Both the position numbers and the translations under genes were made by a program. From positions 632 through 64,631 of the forward strand of contig JBDTME010000004.1 in assembly GCA_039934415.1 (NCBI GenBank): a stretch of DNA of 64,000 bases, in the 5' to 3' direction. The stretch is from Patescibacteria group bacterium. GTDB taxonomy: Bacteria > Patescibacteriota > Microgenomatia > UBA1400 > PJMF01. This document shows positions 10,771 to 20,435 of the stretch, piece after piece; within the stretch, counting starts at the first letter, position 1, and the number at the start of each line of letters is the position of its first letter. Below the pieces are notes generated by a model, which did not search any database, had not been told where the DNA came from, and saw only the letters and a program-made list of their open reading frames with translations.

Positions 10771-11391
10771 TTAGTACGCAAACTTCCTGATCAGTCCGAC
10801 ACATTTGCCTTGGATTCTGACGTTTTTAGCATAGATTGGTCGCATGGCTGAGTTGGCTGGTTCGAGGCGGATGCGTGTGGTTTCTTTGTAGAAGCGTTTA
10901 AGTGTAGCCAATCCATTGTCGAGTAATGCAACTACGATGTCGCCATCTCTGACATCTTCTTGTTTTTCGATCACGACATAATCTCCATCGAGAATACCAT
11001 CTTCAATCATTGACTCCCCTTTTACTTGAAGGACGTACGCGGCTTTTTTGCCACTGACCATTTCGGGAGAAACTTTGAAAGTAGCATTTGGGTCTGTGAA
11101 CGGTTGGATTGGTTGGCCCGCGGCAATGAAGCCCATCAACGGAAGATCCATACTTTCAGTGAGTCGCAGGAAGGTCCGATCAATTAGTTCAATACCCCGA
11201 ACAGCTCCATCTGTTTTGCGAATGACTTTTTTGCGTTGCAAGGCTTGAAGATGCTCATGAACAGTTGCTAGTGACGAAACGCCCAGTGCTTTGGCAATTT
11301 CTTGCAACGTCGGTGAGTACCCGTTTTTTTGAATGTACTGTGAAAGGTAATCGACTATTTGACGTTGGCGCTTGTATAGTGTTGGTGGCAT
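10771..11391 (-). CDS. lexA: SOS repressor LexA
   Basis: Winged HTH, AAG cleavage site, GESM catalytic Ser, TLKR catalytic Lys. Confidence 0.97.
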   Translation of the reverse strand: MPPTLYKRQRQIVDYLSQYIQKNGYSPTLQEIAKALGVSSLATVHEHLQALQRKKVIRKTDGAVRGIELIDRTFLRLTESMDLPLMGFIAAGQPIQPFTDPNATFKVSPEMVSGKKAAYVLQVKGESMIEDGILDGDYVVIEKQEDVRDGDIVVALLDNGLATLKRFYKETTRIRLEPANSAMRPIYAKNVRIQGKCVGLIRKFAY

Positions 11392-11458
11392 AGAGAACTC
11401 CTAAATAATTAATTTTTTATTGTGAACTATTTGATTAAACCTTTGGTAATTCTTAGGG

Positions 11459-11503
11459 CGAACATTTATCGAATAAAACTACAATAACCGAAAAGAAGAC
11501 GAC
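11459..11503. promoter_or_regulatory. Candidate LexA operators: two CGAA-N7-CGAM direct repeats
   Basis: CGAAcatttatCGAA (11459-11473) and CGAAaagaagaCGAC (11489-11503) upstream of lexA. Confidence 0.4.
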
Positions 11504-11557
11504 AAGACAAGTACTTCTTACTAGGAAGAACTCATACAAAGAAGACCAAAATGAAAA

Positions 11558-12169
11558 TTAACGCTCTTTATGGAATTTATAGATACCAAGTCCGATGACA
11601 ATTCCCAGAACACCTGCAATTACTACGTACTGAAAACCCTTCATATATTTTTCGAGATCCATCCAGTGTTGACCTAAAAGTGAGGCTGCGTATGCAAGGG
11701 AAAAACACCAGAGTAAAGCACCCAGAAACGTGTATGTGATAAATTTAGGATAATTCATTTTTAGTACACCTGGAGGTAGCGAGACATACGTACGTACAAC
11801 AGGTAAAAGTTGTGAAAAGAAAACAGCTTTGTCCCCGTATTTTTCTAACCATAATTGGCCTTTTTCAAACTCTTTTTCTGATACTCCGAATTTTCCGCCA
11901 TATTTCAAGACGAGTGGCTTGCCACCTTTATAACCGATAACATACATGATCGTAGATCCTGTTATGTTCCCAATTGCCCCGGCAAGAGCTGCTAAAAACA
12001 AATTAAGTTTTCCAATCGACACAAAAAATCCAGCAAAGCCCATGATTGCTTCTGAGGGTAGCGGTATCGCAGCAGACTCAATAGTCATTCCCAGCCAAAT
12101 TCCAAAGTAGCCAAATTTTTCAACTATTCCTGAAGCAAATGTAAAAAGTTCGTGAAGAATGCCTGACAT
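11558..12169 (-). CDS. DedA family membrane protein
   Basis: IESAAIPLPSE and LPVVRTYVSLPPG motifs. Confidence 0.92.
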   Translation of the reverse strand: MSGILHELFTFASGIVEKFGYFGIWLGMTIESAAIPLPSEAIMGFAGFFVSIGKLNLFLAALAGAIGNITGSTIMYVIGYKGGKPLVLKYGGKFGVSEKEFEKGQLWLEKYGDKAVFFSQLLPVVRTYVSLPPGVLKMNYPKFITYTFLGALLWCFSLAYAASLLGQHWMDLEKYMKGFQYVVIAGVLGIVIGLGIYKFHKER

Positions 12170-12190
12170 GTTTTCCTTGAATGAAGGTTA

Positions 12191-13054
12191 CTAATTGAAC
12201 GGTTTTAATAAAGCAGCAATATTTCGAGTTTGAGACCACTGTTTGACTAAAGCTGCGTTTTGTAACTGTGGAAGCTGTTTGTGATATGGAACCGAGTTCT
12301 TATCTTCATAAAAAAGACCGATGGGCAATGTATTCAACTCCCAACTTTTTTGCCAAGCAGCTGTTATATCTTCAGTGTTGTGACCTTGTGATTGTAAATC
12401 GTAAATTTTTGTCTGGAACCACTGGTGAGTGTTAATTTTATTAAAAGTGACACAGGGTTGAAACACATCGAGAACAGAAAGGCCTTCGTGCATGATTGCT
12501 TGTTTCATTAAAGCAGTGAGTTGTGGAATGCGGCCAGCGTACCCGCGCGCTACGAAAGTAGCATTTGCTGAAAGTGCTAACGCTACCGGATTGGCTGGTT
12601 GATCAATGACTCCAAGCGGTGAAGATTTAGTTTTCGTGCCCTTGGCTGTCGTTGGAGAATTTTGTCCAGTTGTGAGACCGTAGACTTGATTATCGTGGAT
12701 GATCAAGGTGATATCATGATTACCGCGGACGGAAGTAATAAAGTGATTGAGGCCTTCACCATAGGTGTCGCCATCCCCAGCAATTACGATTACTTTCAAA
12801 TCATGATTCGCGAGCTTTATTGCTTCTGCGTTGGCAATTGCACGACCGTGTAATGCATGAAATCCGTACACGCGATTGAAGTCCGCCATATTGCCACTGC
12901 AACCAACACCGTACACCAAAACGAGTTGTTCTTCAGGCAATGCTAGTTCAACAATTGCTTGTTTCAAACTCGCCCAAATTCCAAAGTCGCCACACCCTGG
13001 ACACCAAGTTGGGAAGATTGGCGATTTGAGTGTTTGTTGAGTGTGTTGAGACAT
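12191..13054 (-). CDS. 2-oxoacid:ferredoxin oxidoreductase beta subunit
   Basis: WCPGCG, GDGD TPP-binding motif, YGLTTGQ, QPCVTFN. Confidence 0.95.
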   Translation of the reverse strand: MSQHTQQTLKSPIFPTWCPGCGDFGIWASLKQAIVELALPEEQLVLVYGVGCSGNMADFNRVYGFHALHGRAIANAEAIKLANHDLKVIVIAGDGDTYGEGLNHFITSVRGNHDITLIIHDNQVYGLTTGQNSPTTAKGTKTKSSPLGVIDQPANPVALALSANATFVARGYAGRIPQLTALMKQAIMHEGLSVLDVFQPCVTFNKINTHQWFQTKIYDLQSQGHNTEDITAAWQKSWELNTLPIGLFYEDKNSVPYHKQLPQLQNAALVKQWSQTRNIAALLKPFN

Positions 13055-13057
13055 AGG

Positions 13058-13612
13058 TTAGTTTTTGGTTCTGGTTTCTCTTTTTTGGGATTCTGCTATT
13101 AATTTTTGATAATACTTATATGAGGCGTATTGATCTGGGTTAGAGATTCTATTTCCAAGTTCATTATAGACTTTGGTGAGGAGTGTAATTGTAGAGTCGG
13201 TTGTTTTTAACGTGAGTGCTCTGTTATTTGATAATTGAATAAACATGTGTTCAATATTCTCCATGATTTCCAAAATCGCTTTAGGTTCAAGTCCTATACC
13301 TATTGCTAACAGATTTTCAATTTCTGCGATGTTTAACCGCTCCATGTCATCTCTGATCCTAAGGTAGGCTTGATATGAGTCATTACCTTCTTGATGTAAG
13401 AATTGCATTACAGAAGGGTCAATCGTGACATACACTCTATACATTAAACTATTTAGTGTGGTCCCTAAATCAAGTAAGCTAAGTGAACCCTGACAGTATT
13501 GATAAATTGCTTCCATCTCTTCAACCATCTTCTGAATATCGTGAGTTTCCTTATGGTTCATTCTCACCATTGTTTGAAGCTGGTCGATTCTTTCTCGTGT
13601 GATTTCTGCCAT
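13058..13612 (-). CDS. Hypothetical helical protein between the oxidoreductase alpha and beta genes
   Basis: ORF with 2-3 bp spacing to both neighbours; no recognisable motif. Confidence 0.6.
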   Translation of the reverse strand: MAEITRERIDQLQTMVRMNHKETHDIQKMVEEMEAIYQYCQGSLSLLDLGTTLNSLMYRVYVTIDPSVMQFLHQEGNDSYQAYLRIRDDMERLNIAEIENLLAIGIGLEPKAILEIMENIEHMFIQLSNNRALTLKTTDSTITLLTKVYNELGNRISNPDQYASYKYYQKLIAESQKRETRTKN

Positions 13613-13614
13613 AG

Positions 13615-15360
13615 TTATTTTTTTATCCATTCAATAAGATCTTCTGAGTAGAATGGTCTGCCATCGTATCTACGGATATGATCTGCAAACTGGATGCCAG
13701 TTTCCTGTCTGATGAGTAGCTCGCATTGACCAGTAAAGTTACCTTCGATCATGACGAGTCTTTTTGCTTTTTGGGCGAGCTTTGTGAATTGCTCTGCAGG
13801 AAATGGCCAGATACAAGGGAAATGAATAATGTTCACAGTAGGGAGCTGTTCACCTTGTGATCTTAGGGTTTCTGTATCATGAAGCATTTGGCGTAAAACA
13901 CTGAGGGTAGTTCCCCAGCAAACAAATGTGATGTCGGCATCTTCAGGTCCAATAAATAATGGCTGAGGAACTTCATTGACGATGCTATCCATTTTTTTGG
14001 CTCGTTTCTCTACCTGATGGATAGTCATGTCTGCGTCTTCAGTTGCATATCCAAATTCATCGTGTTCGTAGCTATTGGTAATTTGCAGACCATGTGCTTG
14101 ACCAGGGATTGATCGTGGTGACACTCCGTTTTGCGTATCTATTGCATAGCGACGAAATGAATCATCTTGCGGTAAATCTTCTGTTTTTACCATTGCATAG
14201 CGTTCCAACTGATATTCTTCCTGAATTGCTGGCATTGTTTGAGGTGCTTCTATCAAATATTTATCAGTTAAGATCAAAACCGGAATTTGATATTTCTCAG
14301 CTAGCTCAAAGCCTTTACGAGTCAATTCAAAATGTTCGGCAGTATCACCGGGAGTCATCACGATGCGTTGAAACTCGCCGTGTCCAGCGTGCAAAACAAA
14401 TTGTAAATCACCTTGGCCTGTCCAGGTTGGCAAACCGGTTGCTGGGCCGGGACGTTGTGCAACTAAAATGACAAGTGGTGTTTCCATGACTCCAGTTAAG
14501 GATAGTGTCTCAACCATTAAGGCGAATCCTCCACCTGCTGAGCCTGTCATCGCTCGTACACCGGCATAAGAAGCTCCGACGGCTAAATTAATGGCAGCAA
14601 TCTCATCCTCGACGTGTCGAACCACTAGTGGAAACTTATCTTGTTGAGCAGCAATGTAGTGAAATGCATTTGAGGAAGGTGACATGGGATAAGCACTATA
14701 AAATTGCAGGCCTCCTGCGAGTGCCCCCATTCCGATAGCATCTCCTCCACTTAACAAGACACCCTTACTAGGAAATTTACCAACTTGAAATTTTGGTTGA
14801 CTGAGTTGTTGAGCTGCTGTATATGCAGTGTCAAACACTTTGATGTTTCCATCAACGACTTCTTGTCCTTTGCCGATAAATTGTTCAGTTAGAATATCTC
14901 GAAATAGTTGTGGATCCAGACCAATAAAATATGCTGATGCTCCTAATGCGGCAGTATTGGTTGCGATGCTATGCCCAGTAATTTCACGGCTCATCTTAGT
15001 CATATTTACTGAATAAATGTGCTGCGATAAGTGCTGGTATTTTGAAATATCGTAACCGTCAACTTCAGGTTCACAAATAATAATAGTTTCTGGTGTGATT
15101 TCTGCTTGATGAGTTACGAAAGCATTTTCATTGAGCGCAACTAATACGTCTAGCGTGCGTTTCTGACATGAAGCATGTTCAGATGAAGCATGGACTTGAC
15201 CAGTTTGATGCCCACCTTTAATCAATGATGGATACTCGTAATAGTTGAAAACAAATAAGCCATGTCGATGACAAACTTTCGCAAAAGTATCTGATGTCGT
15301 CATGACACCTTCACCTGCTTTGCCTGCTATTTTCCAGTTAAGAGAAATTGGAGTATCCAT
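13615..15360 (-). CDS. 2-oxoacid:acceptor oxidoreductase alpha subunit (gamma-alpha fusion)
   Basis: GKAGEG, YPSLIKGG, YPMSP and RPGPATGLPT motifs. Confidence 0.95.
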   Translation of the reverse strand: MDTPISLNWKIAGKAGEGVMTTSDTFAKVCHRHGLFVFNYYEYPSLIKGGHQTGQVHASSEHASCQKRTLDVLVALNENAFVTHQAEITPETIIICEPEVDGYDISKYQHLSQHIYSVNMTKMSREITGHSIATNTAALGASAYFIGLDPQLFRDILTEQFIGKGQEVVDGNIKVFDTAYTAAQQLSQPKFQVGKFPSKGVLLSGGDAIGMGALAGGLQFYSAYPMSPSSNAFHYIAAQQDKFPLVVRHVEDEIAAINLAVGASYAGVRAMTGSAGGGFALMVETLSLTGVMETPLVILVAQRPGPATGLPTWTGQGDLQFVLHAGHGEFQRIVMTPGDTAEHFELTRKGFELAEKYQIPVLILTDKYLIEAPQTMPAIQEEYQLERYAMVKTEDLPQDDSFRRYAIDTQNGVSPRSIPGQAHGLQITNSYEHDEFGYATEDADMTIHQVEKRAKKMDSIVNEVPQPLFIGPEDADITFVCWGTTLSVLRQMLHDTETLRSQGEQLPTVNIIHFPCIWPFPAEQFTKLAQKAKRLVMIEGNFTGQCELLIRQETGIQFADHIRRYDGRPFYSEDLIEWIKK

Positions 15361-15418
15361 GTATACCTATTGTACCGCATCTTTCTAAAATGAGAGAGTG
15401 TCCGGTCTGTTTTGATTC

Positions 15419-17422
15419 TTAAGTCGTTTTAATTTTTACATCAGCTGCCCAAATTCCTTTTTCATTGATCATGAGTGGATTAATTTCCAGCTCTTGAATT
15501 TCTGGATGAGCAAGCATAAGTTTTTGAACTTGGAGCATCAATGTTATCACTTTTTCCCCAATTTTCTGGGAATATTTTTTATCCAATTTTTGGAGTGCTG
15601 CGTATGCCTTAGTTTGTTGGAGTTTTTGAGTGAATACTCGTCTGGTGCTCGGTAGAAAAGTGTAACTGCGATCTGACAATATGTTTGTCCAACTTCCTCC
15701 CAGACCGATAGCCAGATATGGCCCAAACTGTACATCTCTATTGGCGCCTAGTAAAAGTTCCACGTCAGCTTCAATAATTTGTTGATACAACACCGTTTCA
15801 CCAAATTTTTTTAACTGAGCAAAGCTGTTAGTCACATCTTCTTTTGTTTTGGTAATTCCGAAAATTGCACCCATATCTTTTTTATGAGCTAAAGCCAAGT
15901 TAGCAGTCTTAGCATATGAAGGAAGATGGACTTGATCCAACTGTTTCTCATTTGCAATGATGCTATAAATAGGCAGTTTAAAGCCGTATTCCGCCAAAAG
16001 TAGGAAAGTAGCATTGAGGTCTGTTGCAAGATGAGAAATTGGAAAATCGTGTTGCAATCTGAATGGTTGGAACTTCTCTGGAAAATACTTGGCTTCAGCG
16101 GCTTTTTTTGTAATGGCGAGCATTGCAACAATGTCGTTGGGATATTCTGTGCAGAAAATGCCAGCTGCTCGTAAACTTTTCCTATTTGAATTAAATTTGT
16201 CGCCACCCATGAGTGCAACGCACAATGGTTTTTTGCTTTTTATTTTTAATAACATCTCAACAACCTCTGGAACATTCGTAACTGCTTGTTGAGTGATAAT
16301 GACGACAATACTATCGATTTGGGGATCGCGTTGGGCTTGGCGAATTGCAAATGAAAATCTTTCTGCGTTTGCATCACCTATCACATCTAAAGGATTTGTG
16401 ATGTTACTATTCGGTAACTGTTCTTGCAGATTATTAACAGATGAAGGTGACCACTGTGCAAGTGTAAGTTGTCTGACCTCACTGACATCAACTGTATTCA
16501 CACCTGGACCGCCAGCATTAGTAATAATCATCGTGTTTTCGGGTACAGTTTTATTTTGTTCAAGAAAGAAAATAGTTTGTATGAATTCTTCTACGGTATC
16601 GACCATGACAAAGCCAAATTGCTCAGATGCTGCTTTCAATAACACGTCATTTGTTGCTAATGCAGCAGTATGAGAAACAGATGCAGCTTGACCTGTTTTG
16701 GATCGACCACCTTTTAATACAATCAGTGGTTTAGTTTTAGCGACCTGACTAGCGAGTTGGAAAAACTGAGAAAGATCAGCAAATGATTCTAGGTATGCTC
16801 CTATGACTTTAGTATTAGGATCTTGTGCTGCAAACTCCAGTGCTTCATTTTCAGAAATTCCTGCTTTATTGCCTAAGCTGATGGCGAATGAGCATCCAAC
16901 TTTATTTGACTCCATCTCTGTAAACAAGGCGGTCAACATAGCACCAGATTGTGAGATCAGAGCCAATGAACCTGTTCCAATTTGTTGGCTGGCAAAACTT
17001 GCATTCAAAGAGTTTGTTGGGTATAAGAAACCTAAAGAGTTGGGACCAAGCAAAGCAATGTGATGTTCAGTAAGTTTTGTGGCAATTTTGATCTGGAGTT
17101 GTTTGCCTGCTGCAGACATTTCGGCAAAACCTGCAGTAATGATCACCACAGCTTTTACTTGTTTTTCTATACAATCATCTATAACTTGTTCCACAAATGG
17201 TGCTGGCACAGCAACTATAGCTAATTCCACTTTTTGAGGAAAAGCCGCTAAATTAGGAAACACAGGAAGACCTAAGATTGTATGTGCAGATGGATTGATG
17301 GGATACACCTTGCCATCTTGATACTTCAGGAGATTTTTTAAAATTTGATAGCCAACTTTTTTTGAGTCACGAGAAGCACCCACGACTGCAATTGATGAAG
17401 GATGAAAGAAAGAAGAAAGCAT
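15419..17422 (-). CDS. ADP-forming acetate--CoA ligase (alpha+beta fusion)
   Basis: CoA-binding VVGAS, GPNSLG, SQSGA, phospho-His SHTAALA, and EINPL ATP-grasp end. Confidence 0.9.
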   Translation of the reverse strand: MLSSFFHPSSIAVVGASRDSKKVGYQILKNLLKYQDGKVYPINPSAHTILGLPVFPNLAAFPQKVELAIVAVPAPFVEQVIDDCIEKQVKAVVIITAGFAEMSAAGKQLQIKIATKLTEHHIALLGPNSLGFLYPTNSLNASFASQQIGTGSLALISQSGAMLTALFTEMESNKVGCSFAISLGNKAGISENEALEFAAQDPNTKVIGAYLESFADLSQFFQLASQVAKTKPLIVLKGGRSKTGQAASVSHTAALATNDVLLKAASEQFGFVMVDTVEEFIQTIFFLEQNKTVPENTMIITNAGGPGVNTVDVSEVRQLTLAQWSPSSVNNLQEQLPNSNITNPLDVIGDANAERFSFAIRQAQRDPQIDSIVVIITQQAVTNVPEVVEMLLKIKSKKPLCVALMGGDKFNSNRKSLRAAGIFCTEYPNDIVAMLAITKKAAEAKYFPEKFQPFRLQHDFPISHLATDLNATFLLLAEYGFKLPIYSIIANEKQLDQVHLPSYAKTANLALAHKKDMGAIFGITKTKEDVTNSFAQLKKFGETVLYQQIIEADVELLLGANRDVQFGPYLAIGLGGSWTNILSDRSYTFLPSTRRVFTQKLQQTKAYAALQKLDKKYSQKIGEKVITLMLQVQKLMLAHPEIQELEINPLMINEKGIWAADVKIKTT

Positions 17423-17450
17423 AACTAATTTTCACCACTCAGTTAGTAAA

Positions 17451-19103
17451 TTACACCAGCTCTCTGCCTGTCATGCTCGCTGGTTTTGGAACTCCTAAAA
17501 TTTTTAAAAGCGTAGGGGCAACATCGGCCAAGATTCCTGTTGGTAATAATGTAGATTGTCCCATGTATGCATTACTCATCGCAATAAACGGGACAGGATA
17601 TATCGAATGTTCAGTGTCGACTTCTCCACTCTCATTATTGATCAACTCTTCCGCGTTTCCATGATCAGCTGTTATGAGAATAACGCCTCCTTTTGGCACA
17701 ATCTCTTTTGCGATCATGCCTACGCATTCATCAATCACTTCACATGCTTTGATCGTTGCTCCTAGGTTACCTGTATGTGCGACCATATCAGCATTGGCAA
17801 AATTGCAAATGATTACGTCATACGTTCCTCTTTGGATGTGTTGAATCATGGTCTCAGTAATTTCGTATGCGCTCATCTCAGGAGCTAAGTCGTAGGTAGC
17901 AATTTTTTTTGAAGGTACAATGATGCGATCCTCACCAGGGTAAGTATCATCACGTTGACCATTCATATAATATGTTACGAACCGTTCCTTTTCAGTTTCG
18001 GCCATGCGTAATTGTTTCAAACCAGCATCTGATAGAATTTTACCGATGGGATCTTCAATATTTTGTGGGGGGAAAGCGACATTGGTAGGTAAACCAATTT
18101 CGTATCGAGTCATAGTGGTAAAGAATAAGTTGCCCAGCTTTTTCTTCCTAAAAAATGTTTTCCCTGGACTACGATAACTGATATGACTTTTTTCGTACTT
18201 AATTGCATACGGGTCATATCCTTCTGTGCGGATACCAGTTTCAAAGTCTGGAATAATGAAAGCTTTAGTGAGTTGGCGAGGACGATCAATACGGTAGTTA
18301 AAGAAAATGACAGCGTCGTTGTCATTGATCAATCTTGGTTTCCCATCCGCTTCACAAATTGAAATCGGTTTAATGAACTCGTCAGTGATCCCAGCTTTGT
18401 AACCTTCGTTAATTAATCCCAGTGGATCAAGAACGCATTGTTGTTCGGCTCCAATTGTGAGTGCGTCATAGGCGATCTGCGTTCGATCCCATCGATGATC
18501 TCGGTCCATAGCGTAGTATCGCCCTATAATACTTGCGACTTTACCAACACCTAGTGACTTTGTTTTTTCCATGACCTCACGGACATAGCCAAGACCAGAA
18601 GTTGGAGGTGAGTCACGGCCGTCAGTAAATAAGTGTAAATATACATTGTCTATAAAACCATTTGATTTTGCTAGAAACATTAAGGCATACAGATGTTCAA
18701 TGTTTGAGTGTACGCCGCCTGATCCAATCAAACCCATGAGGTGTAGAGTCGATTTATTATTCTTGACGTGTTGAAAAGTATTTTGAAAAACTTGATTAGT
18801 TGCAAACGTGCCATCAGCAATCGCCATATTGATGCGTGGTAACTCTTGATACACAATGCGGCCTGCACCAATATTTAGATGCCCTGTCTCCGTGTTTCCA
18901 TCTTCACCGTGTGGTAATCCAACTGCTTTCCCGGATGCAGCAAGCTGGGTATGTGGAAATGCTAACCAATACTTGTCCATGTTTGGTGTTTTGGCACGTA
19001 AGATGGCATTGCCAGCATTATTTGGTCCAATTCCCCACCCATCTAGTATTAACAAGAGTGCAGGACGAGGTCGAGATGGTGACTGTACTGTGTTTTCTGC
19101 CAT
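17451..19103 (-). CDS. gpmI: 2,3-BPG-independent phosphoglycerate mutase
   Basis: LDGWG, GGVHS, DGRD, GRYYAMDRD, ADMVAH and TADHGN motifs. The nucleophile motif reads GNTETGH. Confidence 0.93.
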   Translation of the reverse strand: MAENTVQSPSRPRPALLLILDGWGIGPNNAGNAILRAKTPNMDKYWLAFPHTQLAASGKAVGLPHGEDGNTETGHLNIGAGRIVYQELPRINMAIADGTFATNQVFQNTFQHVKNNKSTLHLMGLIGSGGVHSNIEHLYALMFLAKSNGFIDNVYLHLFTDGRDSPPTSGLGYVREVMEKTKSLGVGKVASIIGRYYAMDRDHRWDRTQIAYDALTIGAEQQCVLDPLGLINEGYKAGITDEFIKPISICEADGKPRLINDNDAVIFFNYRIDRPRQLTKAFIIPDFETGIRTEGYDPYAIKYEKSHISYRSPGKTFFRKKKLGNLFFTTMTRYEIGLPTNVAFPPQNIEDPIGKILSDAGLKQLRMAETEKERFVTYYMNGQRDDTYPGEDRIIVPSKKIATYDLAPEMSAYEITETMIQHIQRGTYDVIICNFANADMVAHTGNLGATIKACEVIDECVGMIAKEIVPKGGVILITADHGNAEELINNESGEVDTEHSIYPVPFIAMSNAYMGQSTLLPTGILADVAPTLLKILGVPKPASMTGRELV

Positions 19104-19151
19104 GAGTAGAATGTAACACATCTAGGTGGGAAGAAGACAGGGTGCAACGAT

Positions 19152-20429
19152 TTATACTGCAGGTGTGGGAGCCTGTTTGGCTTCTTCGATTAAGTTGTGA
19201 ATTGCAAGTAGTCGATTGTATTTGGAAACGCGCTCACCCCGAGCTGGCGCGCCGAATTTGACATAATCCGCTCCAACTCCAACTCCAAAATCTGCAATGA
19301 AGTCATCGTTGGTTTCACCGCTTCGATGGGATACGATGATTTTAAAATTGGCGTCTCTAGCAATTTTGATAACTTCCACAGTTTCACTAATTGTTCCGAT
19401 TTGATTTGGTTTGATTAAGATGCCGTTACACGATTTGTCTTGAATAGCTTTTTGTAAGCGGGATTTATTGGTGGATAGCAAACTGTCACCAATAATCATG
19501 GTGGTTTCTCCGAGTCTTGCTGTGAGGAGTTGCCAGTTTTTCCAGTCGTCTTGTCCATACCCATCTTCAATTGAAATCACGTGATACGTTTTACGAAGAG
19601 TGTCGTAGTACTCTAGGAGTTGTGCAGGCGAGAATGGTTCGGGATTATCTTTCAAAACATATCGACCCCCGCTTGCCAGAGAGTCTGCTGCGACATCAAC
19701 TCCAAAAAAGAGATCGCGACCGAATGTATATTGGGAATTATGGATTGTTTCGATCAAAATTTCGAAAGCGTCGATGTTGTGATACAAATTAGGTGCGTAT
19801 CCTCCACCTAGACCAACACTATGGATGGCACCTTTTGATTTCAATACTTCACCTAATTGCTGATATAAGTGTGAACCCATATTGAGATTCTCTGGATAAT
19901 CCAAATGAGAGGCTGGGATAGTATGAAACTCCTGAATATCCAAGTTTCCCGCACCGTGTGCGCCACCGCTGATCATAGTGAAAATGGTTGTGGGGATTTG
20001 TAAGGTGTTTGTGAGCTGGTACTTTTCTTTAATGTAATAAAACAAAGGCATGTTGACTGCCATTGCTCCAGCTTTTAGTACGGCTTGCGATACTGACAGA
20101 ATGGCGTTACTGCCCAGCACTGACTTATCGTGAGAGCCATCGAGATTAACTAGCAGCTGATCAAGCGCGGTTTGTTTAGTGGGATCTGAGCCAATGACTT
20201 TTGGAGCGATGACAGCGTTTACATTGTTTACTGCTTGAAGGACGCCCATACTATTCATATGATTGGGATCGTTGTCACGCAGTTCTTTGCTTTCGTATTT
20301 CCCAACAGATGTACCAGCAGGCACTGATGATACAGCCATAATGCCATTATCCAGCCAGACCGTCGTTTCAACAGTTGGTATACCACGAGAATCAAGGATT
20401 TCTCTAGCTGATACGGATTTAATAAGCAT
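19152..20429 (-). CDS. eno: Enolase (divergent active site)
   Basis: DSRG.PTVE, QEF, IKPNQIG and SHRSGET are present, but GDEGG reads GLGGG. Confidence 0.9.
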   Translation of the reverse strand: MLIKSVSAREILDSRGIPTVETTVWLDNGIMAVSSVPAGTSVGKYESKELRDNDPNHMNSMGVLQAVNNVNAVIAPKVIGSDPTKQTALDQLLVNLDGSHDKSVLGSNAILSVSQAVLKAGAMAVNMPLFYYIKEKYQLTNTLQIPTTIFTMISGGAHGAGNLDIQEFHTIPASHLDYPENLNMGSHLYQQLGEVLKSKGAIHSVGLGGGYAPNLYHNIDAFEILIETIHNSQYTFGRDLFFGVDVAADSLASGGRYVLKDNPEPFSPAQLLEYYDTLRKTYHVISIEDGYGQDDWKNWQLLTARLGETTMIIGDSLLSTNKSRLQKAIQDKSCNGILIKPNQIGTISETVEVIKIARDANFKIIVSHRSGETNDDFIADFGVGVGADYVKFGAPARGERVSKYNRLLAIHNLIEEAKQAPTPAV

Positions 20430-20435
20430 ACTTTT

